Source of the DNA: a candidate division WS6 bacterium OLB20
GTDB taxonomy: Bacteria > Patescibacteriota > Dojkabacteria > B142 > OLB20
Length of the DNA: 43,385 nt
Assembly (NCBI GenBank): GCA_001567355.1
Contig: JYNZ01000007.1
Coordinates: 1 to 43,385, forward strand
Reading direction: 5' to 3'
The position numbers and the translations under genes are program-made. This document shows positions 35,080 through 42,258 of this stretch, in pieces. The notes under the pieces are model-generated. The model did not search any database. It worked only from the letters and a program-made list of their open reading frames with translations, and was not told the DNA's origin. Positions within the stretch are counted from its first letter, which is position 1; each line of letters begins with the position of its first letter.

Positions 35080-36231
35080 ATGAGCAAAAGGCAAGCAGCA
35101 GCAGTCACAGCAACCGGTGTAGTCCTGATCCTGTCCACATTGGCCATACTGGTGTTTGCCTTTCGCGGAGCCATACCAGCCTTTGTCCCGCCGGGGCAGG
35201 ATATAGCCGAATTGATTCGGTCAGGCGCGTCACCACTATCCGCACCTGAGGATGTCCGTATTAGCATCTTTTCGGACGACCTCGAAAAACCACGTGACCT
35301 GCTCGCTGTCAACGACCGGTGGCTGCTGGTGTCAGAGATGGGAGCAGGCAGAATAACTGCGTTTGACCGTACGACAGGCAGCCTTAAGCCTGTGATTGAT
35401 AACCTGAACACGCCGCACGGACTCACAATGCACTGTATTGAAGATGGTTGCAGACTGTACGTTGCAGAGACAGCACGGGTCAGTTCGTATTATTTTAATC
35501 CTGACACTGCTGAGGCTGACTTTGACCGCGAACTGGTTTCGCTACCCGGACCGGGTGGGCATTTTACCCGCAGTCTCCTGCTGCCTGATGACTCTACACT
35601 TCTCATCTCTGTCGGTTCAAGCTGCAATGTATGTATAGAGGACGATTACCGCAGAGCAGCAGTTCTGTCATATGATCTGCAGGAAGGAACTCTGAATGAG
35701 TATGCTACAGGGCTGAGAAACAGTGTTTTTCTGACAAAGCGCCCCGGGACAGACGAGATCTGGGCAACAGATAACGGACGGGATAATCTGGGTGATGATC
35801 TGCCCCCGGATGAGGTAAATATTATCACCGCTGCTGATTACGGATGGCCATTCTGTTACGGGGACAGGATTACGGATACGACGTTTTCATCACCCGGCGA
35901 CTTCAGCTGCAATGATACTCAAGGATCACAGATTGATCTCCAGGCACATTCAGCTGCTCTTGGTCTGGGATTTTTCGGTCCCGAGTGGTCGGAATACCAG
36001 GGAGATCTGCTCGTCGCCTATCATGGATCATGGAACAGAAGCATTCCCACCGGTTACAAACTTGTCCGGTTTGATCTTGACGCATCCAGCCTTGAGCCCG
36101 AGGATTTTATTACAGGCTGGCTTAGTGACTTTACAGCAATCGGCAGACCTGTTGATATTGAGTTCGCCGGAGGCGACATGTATGTAAGCGATGATCATGC
36201 TGGAGTCATCTACCTCATCAGACCTGATTAG
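35080..36231 (+). CDS. PQQ-dependent sugar (glucose/sorbosone) dehydrogenase-family beta-propeller, membrane anchored
   Basis: The start is set at MSKRQAAAV, followed by a TM. PHGL, ATDNGRDNLGDDLPPDEVN and YGWPFCYG are motifs of the soluble GDH family. Confidence 0.7.
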   Translation: MSKRQAAAVTATGVVLILSTLAILVFAFRGAIPAFVPPGQDIAELIRSGASPLSAPEDVRISIFSDDLEKPRDLLAVNDRWLLVSEMGAGRITAFDRTTGSLKPVIDNLNTPHGLTMHCIEDGCRLYVAETARVSSYYFNPDTAEADFDRELVSLPGPGGHFTRSLLLPDDSTLLISVGSSCNVCIEDDYRRAAVLSYDLQEGTLNEYATGLRNSVFLTKRPGTDEIWATDNGRDNLGDDLPPDEVNIITAADYGWPFCYGDRITDTTFSSPGDFSCNDTQGSQIDLQAHSAALGLGFFGPEWSEYQGDLLVAYHGSWNRSIPTGYKLVRFDLDASSLEPEDFITGWLSDFTAIGRPVDIEFAGGDMYVSDDHAGVIYLIRPD

Positions 36232-36292
36232 AATTTCTGTAACCGTACCCACATTCATTCCGTATCTGTCGTCGTATTTTTATGACAGATAA

Positions 36293-36793
36293 ATGGAATA
36301 TTCTCTCCGCCATGAAATGCTCGACAAGGGCATTTCTGTTGTTCGCTTTCTTACCTATACAAGAGCAGCAGGCAGACTGCTTCAGCAATCCGGCATCCCG
36401 ACCGATACTCTGATGCGGCTTCTTCCAGAAGACAGACAAGCCGAATCGCTGACAGACCGGCCGCTGCAGGCCGCCAACATCGCTCTGATTGAGGAGGGTC
36501 GGCTCCTGCACCAGAAGCTTGTCGGAGAATATCTGCTTGAACCCGACGAGGAGGAGTTTCTGCTCAATGCAGCAACCGAACACCGGACCATGTCCGATGC
36601 AATCATGTACGGTGAAGGTGATGCCACAACAATACTTCGCGACCAGGTCAGTTCATTTATACCGTTTCTGATCGATCGTATCAGAAACAGGACAGCATCG
36701 GTCATTGACACTGCAGAGGCACCGGCGGTGGTTATCCCCCGGCGGCAGATAGTAAGTCAGGGGGGACAGCCAGCGTATGCATATTCAGGCTGA
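36293..36793 (+). CDS. hypothetical protein
   Basis: A 166-aa ORF, preferred over the antisense 36218..36583 ORF because of its protein-like composition. A possible helix-turn-helix-like stretch (RAAGRLLQQSGIPTDTLMRL) is unverified. Confidence 0.4.
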   Translation: MEYSLRHEMLDKGISVVRFLTYTRAAGRLLQQSGIPTDTLMRLLPEDRQAESLTDRPLQAANIALIEEGRLLHQKLVGEYLLEPDEEEFLLNAATEHRTMSDAIMYGEGDATTILRDQVSSFIPFLIDRIRNRTASVIDTAEAPAVVIPRRQIVSQGGQPAYAYSG

Positions 36794-36830
36794 TTTTCAA
36801 CTGACGGTGTAAGTATGCGATAATAGCTGC

Positions 36831-37415
36831 ATGAATAAACAAAACGAGCAGAAGCCTGCCGGCTCAGGACAGCGCAGGCAAAATAACAGGTCCAGGCAGC
36901 GACCGCAGCAGCAACAGCAGAACCTGTCCCAGCGTAAGGAAGAGGCTGTTTATGCCTTTATCGACAGCCAGAATCTGAATATCTCAATTCAGGAGAAGGG
37001 CTGGAAACTGGACTGGACTGAGTTTCGCAAGTACCTTGGCGAAAAACTCGGCGTTACCAAGGCTTTTCTGTTTATCGGGTATGTGCCCGGTAACGAAACC
37101 ATGTACTCAATCCTGCAGCAGCAGGGGTACATACTGATCTTCAGACCTACTGTGGACTCAGACTCCGGCGTAAAGGGAAACATCGATGTAGAACTTGTTC
37201 TGCGTGCAATGATCGAGTACCCCAACTACGACAAGGCAGTCATAGTTACAGGTGACGGGGATTTTCATGCACTGATTGACCATCTGGATTCACACGGCAA
37301 ACTCAAAACGCTGATGATTCCAAATAAAGAGCGTTATTCCAGTCTGTTCAAGCGGTTTGAAAGCAAGATGGATTTTATCAGTACCAAGCGCAGGACGCTT
37401 GAGTATAAACGCTGA
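36831..37415 (+). CDS. NYN-domain (LabA/DUF88-like) protein with a basic Q/R-rich N-terminal tail
   Basis: YAFIDSQNL..., GNIDVELVLRAM and VIVTGDGDFHALIDHL are characteristic NYN/LabA acidic-residue motifs. Confidence 0.8.
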   Translation: MNKQNEQKPAGSGQRRQNNRSRQRPQQQQQNLSQRKEEAVYAFIDSQNLNISIQEKGWKLDWTEFRKYLGEKLGVTKAFLFIGYVPGNETMYSILQQQGYILIFRPTVDSDSGVKGNIDVELVLRAMIEYPNYDKAVIVTGDGDFHALIDHLDSHGKLKTLMIPNKERYSSLFKRFESKMDFISTKRRTLEYKR

Positions 37416-37493
37416 TCAGATCCACAATCACTGATACTGTTGCCGTCAGCCTTCCCTATAAGGTAGTATAGACTAACTAGTTTGCACTAAACT

Positions 37494-38579
37494 ATGGAGC
37501 CTGTACTGCCACGTTCTGTCTACACAACCCGGATCACTCCGAAAAAAAAGATACGCCGTCTGCGTACCGACAGGGTACTTACTCTTCTTCTGCCACTAGT
37601 CATCGGTCTCTTATCGCTCTTTATCGCGATCACTGTCCAGTCAGGACAGGGGCATACACAGACACTTGCCCAGGGAAGTACTGATACAACGGTTTTTGCA
37701 CCAGAGCAGAAGACCGGGACAGAGATCGAGTCAGCACCTGAAGTCAAAGGTGAACACTGGACAACTTCGTTCAGACACAGCAACGGTCTCACATCAGTTC
37801 TGATCGTCGGTGTCGATTCACGCAATGTAAAGCTCGAAAACGGTGTATTTGTTAACACCAGGCCCGAAGGTCAGGCGGGGACACGCAATACGGACACTAT
37901 CATGCAGGTCGTGTTCAACCATCAGACAGGTGATGCTGTTATGATTTCCATCCCCAGAGACATGGGCGTTGACGTCAGGCTTGACTGCCTTGAATTTCAC
38001 GGCAGTATCCACTGGGTTTACGACCGTGCCGAACGTGCCCGCTGCGAAATCGGTGGCGTAGGCGCCCTGAAAACAGCTGTCAGCAGTATTACCGGCATTC
38101 CCATCCAGTACCACATTTTTGTCACCCTTGATGCTTTTCATGACATAGTCAACATCGTAGGAGAGGAACACGACGGTCAGACCGGTATCTGGGTGGACAA
38201 TCCTCACCAGTTCTGGGAGATCTATCCCTATAACGATCATGGCTGGGAAAACGTCTACTTTCCGGAGGGTCGGCAGTTTATGACCGCCGAACGCGGAATC
38301 AGGTATGTCCGCAGCAGACAGTTTACACAGGACTGGGGCCGTGCCGAACGGCAGCAGATCTTTATAGAAGCTGTAAAAGATCGTGTGCTGTCGTCAGGAA
38401 CGCTACTTAACCCGGCTAAAATGCTGGAAATTTTTAACCTTTTCCGTGAGAAGCTGCTGATTTCCGAGCTGACCTTTTCCGAAATGCTGGAACTGGTCGG
38501 TCTGATCCAGAGCGTCGACAGCAGCCGGATTGTTAACGTCGTTTTAGTCCGGATTTTGGAGGACAGAAAGAAGTCCTGA
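37494..38579 (+). CDS. LCP (LytR-CpsA-Psr) family protein, main segment (upstream frame)
   Basis: An N-terminal TM, then VLIVGVDSR...NTDTIMQVVFN...ISIPRDM and RSRQF...DWGRAERQQ LCP motifs. The last ~10 codons are out of frame. Confidence 0.85.
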   Translation: MEPVLPRSVYTTRITPKKKIRRLRTDRVLTLLLPLVIGLLSLFIAITVQSGQGHTQTLAQGSTDTTVFAPEQKTGTEIESAPEVKGEHWTTSFRHSNGLTSVLIVGVDSRNVKLENGVFVNTRPEGQAGTRNTDTIMQVVFNHQTGDAVMISIPRDMGVDVRLDCLEFHGSIHWVYDRAERARCEIGGVGALKTAVSSITGIPIQYHIFVTLDAFHDIVNIVGEEHDGQTGIWVDNPHQFWEIYPYNDHGWENVYFPEGRQFMTAERGIRYVRSRQFTQDWGRAERQQIFIEAVKDRVLSSGTLLNPAKMLEIFNLFREKLLISELTFSEMLELVGLIQSVDSSRIVNVVLVRILEDRKKS

Positions 38580-39016
38580 TCAACAAACAGCCACACGGTC
38601 GTTCGGGCGGTCCCTACTACATGGTGCCCACCCACTGGAAGGAATGCCCGGGTAATGAGTTCTGCAAGGTACAGGAATATATCGCCAGTATCCTCGAGAG
38701 TCCCTTTGTCTACGAGGAGCAGCCTTCAATTGCAGTATATTCAACACAACGGGATGAATCCGGTCGGGCAAGTTTTGCGAGTCCTCAATATCAGAATATT
38801 CTCAACGAATCACTGCCGGTCATCTTTGACGAGCAGACCTCACTCAGTAATATTGCAGCCGAGGATCCGCTTATCATTATTGACTTCTCAGATGGCAGTA
38901 AGCCCTACACCCTCGCCTCGCTTAAACACGCCACCGGCGTGGAGGCCCTTCCTTCGTCTGTCGCACCAGGCGCAAATCCAGGTAAACATGATATAGTGGT
39001 TATCGTAAATCCATAA
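38537..39016 (+). CDS. LCP family protein, C-terminal segment (downstream frame; LytR_C-like)
   Basis: The frame of ORF 38621..39016 is open from 38537 and reads ...SPDFGGQKEVLINKQPHGRSGGPYYMVPTHWKEC..., continuing the LCP protein. Confidence 0.7.
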   Translation, partial: RRFSPDFGGQKEVLINKQPHGRSGGPYYMVPTHWKECPGNEFCKVQEYIASILESPFVYEEQPSIAVYSTQRDESGRASFASPQYQNILNESLPVIFDEQTSLSNIAAEDPLIIIDFSDGSKPYTLASLKHATGVEALPSSVAPGANPGKHDIVVIVNP

Positions 39017-39038
39017 TCTGTGATATACTAGTTATATT

Positions 39039-39671
39039 ATGGAACGAGTCGTGACAGCTGAACAAATCAGAAAGGAGGCAGTCTATACGATAGCAAAGCG
39101 CTATGATGACGCTGTGCGTATAGGCAGAATCGTAAACCCAAACTTCAATCCACGTATCGAAAGAGGGGCATTATTTGCACGTCTATTCCCTTCTGTAGAG
39201 AATCTTGACTTTTCAGGACGCGAGAACTTTCAAGCAGCAATTATGATTGGAAGTAATAACCCAGAACTTAAGCGCAGCAGTGCAGGTCTTCTTGTAAACA
39301 GTCTATTAAGTCGGGTTCGAGTCAGAGATGAAGATGTCGAGTATACAACTGATCTTCCTTTTAGTATCCACGATGAACTTACCGTACGCTCATATCAATT
39401 CGCACGTGATGGACAGTTCAGAAACCTTCGGGAAATCGGTAGAGTCATGTACGAGGGACGCATACCTAAGGAAGATCGTCCTCGAATGCTGCATCTGCAA
39501 AAAATAGCAGGTGGTCTTATTCAGAGACACTTTGCCGACACTGCGTTGTTACCGTCCGCTTCACTTGAGGACTGGGTCAACAGAATTGAACCATTTGTTG
39601 GCGAGAATCCACATGCCTCGGGCCAGACAACGGCACTGCTCGTCCGTGTACTTAGAGCAGCTGGTGACTGA
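39039..39671 (+). CDS. hypothetical protein, compositionally AT-richer than its neighbours
   Basis: A 210-aa ORF with no recognised motif. My hand count of its first 120 nt gives about 46% GC, against about 56% in the preceding 120 nt. Confidence 0.5.
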   Translation: MERVVTAEQIRKEAVYTIAKRYDDAVRIGRIVNPNFNPRIERGALFARLFPSVENLDFSGRENFQAAIMIGSNNPELKRSSAGLLVNSLLSRVRVRDEDVEYTTDLPFSIHDELTVRSYQFARDGQFRNLREIGRVMYEGRIPKEDRPRMLHLQKIAGGLIQRHFADTALLPSASLEDWVNRIEPFVGENPHASGQTTALLVRVLRAAGD

Positions 39672-39731
39672 TTAGCATTTATTCATTCCCTGACAGGGAT
39701 TTCCGTGTTAAAATAACCTCACCGCATCAGT

Positions 39732-39808
39732 CGGGGTTTAGTTCAGTTGGCTAGAACGCGCGCTTTGGGAGCGCGAGGCCGTCAGTTCGAGTCTGACAAC
39801 CCCGACCA
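39732..39808 (+). tRNA. tRNA-Pro (anticodon TGG), CCA encoded
   Basis: CGGGGTT/AACCCCG acceptor, GTTC/GAAC D-stem, anticodon loop TTTGGGA, T-arm GTCAG-TTCGAGT-CTGAC. Confidence 0.92.
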
Positions 39809-39910
39809 TCTTTTCCCCTGCTATTACTGGAACGCGCGCATGATTGCGAGCTTGTGAGCATTTCATGATGAGCCCGCCGAATCTTGGAGCGACCCAGGCC
39901 TGCTGGATTA

Positions 39911-40381
39911 TCAACGCATCCGACGCTGCGGACGTTTTGAGCTCTGACGCTTCTGCAGGGACAGGTAAAGCATGAACCCTGCAACAGGGACCAAAAGATA
40001 GTTTCCTACACCTCCGGGTGCTGTCCCGGCAAGTTCAACCGGTTTTAGCCATGTAAGAATGATTCTGCTGGAGTATTCAATCAGCAGCAGTATAAACATC
40101 AATGGTATCAGCGAACGGTATCTGACCAGCACGATTGCGGAAACCAGTGCAGTCAGCAGCTGCGAAAGCCCCCATAGGGAGAAGATATGGATTACAGCAG
40201 CCGCGGCGGCATCAGAGTAAGTATCAAGCGGAACCGTTGCAATTGACTGTGCTCCCCCGTCAGACGCGAACATATGAACAAGACTGCGAAACAGACTTAC
40301 CAGGGTGATCAGGGCAAGAACGTACCAGGCTGCAGGATGTCCGTTGTACTTGTTGTCAGCTGTTTCAGGGAGCAGTTGCAT
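39911..40381 (-). CDS. small 4-TM membrane protein, unknown family
   Basis: A 156-aa ORF with four hydrophobic helices and a basic C-terminal tail. It lies downstream of the HTTM operon on the same strand. Confidence 0.5.
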   Translation of the reverse strand: MQLLPETADNKYNGHPAAWYVLALITLVSLFRSLVHMFASDGGAQSIATVPLDTYSDAAAAAVIHIFSLWGLSQLLTALVSAIVLVRYRSLIPLMFILLLIEYSSRIILTWLKPVELAGTAPGGVGNYLLVPVAGFMLYLSLQKRQSSKRPQRRMR

Positions 40382-40512
40382 ACGTACAGTCTAACCAGAA
40401 TGACAGTTAAAAACTATATGCGTTTAACAGATTATTAAGGATTACTGGCAACAGAATCGCTACAATGGGCGGGGACGGGTCCCCCTGCTTGATGGGAGCT
40501 TTGCTGACACCG

Positions 40513-41688
40513 CTATGATGTGGCAGCATCCCCCACCACAGTGACCTTGCGGGTCATAAACAGCTTCCGGAATACACGTACAGGAAACAGCACGGGCAGA
40601 ATATCAGCAGCCGTCACCGGTTCACCTGCAGCGTTTACCAGCGTCAGGACACCAGGTTTGGCAGTTGTTTTCACAGAGATAGCATCGCTGATGTCATACG
40701 TCTTTAATCGCACAGCACGTTCCAGAAGCTCGGCATCTTCTGATGAAACCGTCAGTACTGCCTTGCGATAGCGCAACATTCTCAAGATACCTTTAAAATC
40801 CTGATTCTTCAGGTACAGCATCACTGCTACCAGCATGACAAAGTTGAAGTAGAATACTGACGGAGCCAGTATGATCATGATGCCGATATGCAGGAGAACG
40901 AGTCCTGCAATGGCAAATGGGCGCAGCGCCTCAAACCACACAGCAAATGGTGCGCCGATTTCAATAATGAGCGACATATAGGTGGTAAATGCGCTGAAAA
41001 TGGTATTGTGCAGGAATCCGGTCTGCGGGAACCTGAACCAGCGGTCAGAAAGAGTTACATAATAAATCGCTGATCCATCAAGCCATGTTCTGTCGTGCAT
41101 CGGCTTCGTTATGCCTGCAAAAAAGTAGATAATGGCTACAACAGCCTGACCCAGACGCTTTGCCCACATCGTTTCCTCCGGCTGCTGCCAGATGCTGGTG
41201 ATATCATTCCGGAACATCCTACGACGCTCAATAAACCAGGGGACGGAAAGTGTTTTTCCAACCGGCGCCAGCATCGCAAAAAACAGCAGCAGCACCATCA
41301 CCTGATCCTGTCCGTTAACAGACCAGGGATTACGGTGCATCATTGATGCAACAAGCATAAACAGGTACAAGGCCATCAGACGCGCCCTGATACCAGCTAT
41401 AAGCAGTACAGATGCAGTCAGGCCGGCAAAGTACAGCAGCCAGACAAACCATTCAGTCTGGATCAGAGTAAACAGGGATGTAGCTGTGCCGATAAATTCA
41501 AAGTTAATAAACTTCAGAGACACTATGCCGTTAGGTCCGTAGTACTTCTGCCACTCCGGAAACGAGATCAGCAGTATCATCAGCACAAACATGCCCAGGG
41601 CAATACGGTACATATCGAGAGCGAAAGGCTTTTCTCTGAAAAACCAGAAGTTATGAAATACTGTGAATACTCTTTTCATGACTGACAC
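40513..41688 (-). CDS. HTTM-domain membrane protein (SdpB / vitamin K-dependent gamma-carboxylase-like)
   Basis: The N-terminal FALDMYRIALGMFVL helix, then 7-8 TMs with the HTTM pattern, plus a ~95-aa soluble C-terminal extension. Confidence 0.7.
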   Translation of the reverse strand: MSVMKRVFTVFHNFWFFREKPFALDMYRIALGMFVLMILLISFPEWQKYYGPNGIVSLKFINFEFIGTATSLFTLIQTEWFVWLLYFAGLTASVLLIAGIRARLMALYLFMLVASMMHRNPWSVNGQDQVMVLLLFFAMLAPVGKTLSVPWFIERRRMFRNDITSIWQQPEETMWAKRLGQAVVAIIYFFAGITKPMHDRTWLDGSAIYYVTLSDRWFRFPQTGFLHNTIFSAFTTYMSLIIEIGAPFAVWFEALRPFAIAGLVLLHIGIMIILAPSVFYFNFVMLVAVMLYLKNQDFKGILRMLRYRKAVLTVSSEDAELLERAVRLKTYDISDAISVKTTAKPGVLTLVNAAGEPVTAADILPVLFPVRVFRKLFMTRKVTVVGDAATS

Positions 41689-42238
41689 GTAACCCTGCGG
41701 GTGTAATATCCATGAACTTTGTCACCATAGAAGATCCCGGCGCAGGGGGCTTGATACTTACACTGTCAAGGCTGAATTCAACCTCCTCCACATTCCGCCC
41801 GTCAGCAGAATGTTGCCTGCAGAGGTAATCACCATACATCTGATAAATCTCATCTCTGGCGTATGAGTTAAGCTGAAACTTTGCTTCTCGATAGTCAAAC
41901 AGGTTACGCTGCAGAAGACTGCGGTCAGTTGTGAGCGGGTTGGGTAGTTCAGAGGTTCCTCCATCTTCATACGTCAGAGTTGTGCGCAGGTACCAGTTCT
42001 GTCTGTCTACCGGAGAAAACATTCTCCACGTTGTTGTCATTCCCAGCAGCCAGCCGGATGTGCTCATTGCCCAGTTAAAATTGCTGATGTGAGTGTTTAT
42101 CTGATGGACAGCCGGCCTTGTCCCGTCATCGGGAACATACGGGACAGAGAACGCAAGTTGAGTGCTCAGTACAATATACAGCACATAAACTATGCACAGG
42201 TAGGCAGCTGCTGTTTTGAGGAACGGTATTCTCTTCAT
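41651..42238 (-). CDS. membrane-anchored HTTM-partner protein (SdpA/DUF5819-like?)
   Basis: An N-terminal TM and a W.MFSP motif (TWRMFSPVDRQNWY). It overlaps the HTTM gene start by 38 nt. The family call is from memory and needs an HMM check. Confidence 0.4.
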   Translation of the reverse strand: MKRIPFLKTAAAYLCIVYVLYIVLSTQLAFSVPYVPDDGTRPAVHQINTHISNFNWAMSTSGWLLGMTTTWRMFSPVDRQNWYLRTTLTYEDGGTSELPNPLTTDRSLLQRNLFDYREAKFQLNSYARDEIYQMYGDYLCRQHSADGRNVEEVEFSLDSVSIKPPAPGSSMVTKFMDITPAGLRVSHEKSIHSIS

Positions 42239-42258
42239 TCGGGTAGACCTGGACAGCC

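Noticed and set aside
39754-39839. 10-nt repeat GAACGCGCGC as an att site of an integrated element at tRNA-Pro
   Set aside because: It is only 10 nt of alternating GC-rich sequence. The two copies are 76 nt apart with nothing between them, and the window has no integrase. It is mentioned as a low-interest note only.
40471-40485. GGGGAC-GG-GTCCCC palindrome after the HTTM gene as a rho-independent terminator
   Set aside because: A 2-nt loop is too tight, and no U-tract follows on the minus strand, so I cannot support a terminator call.
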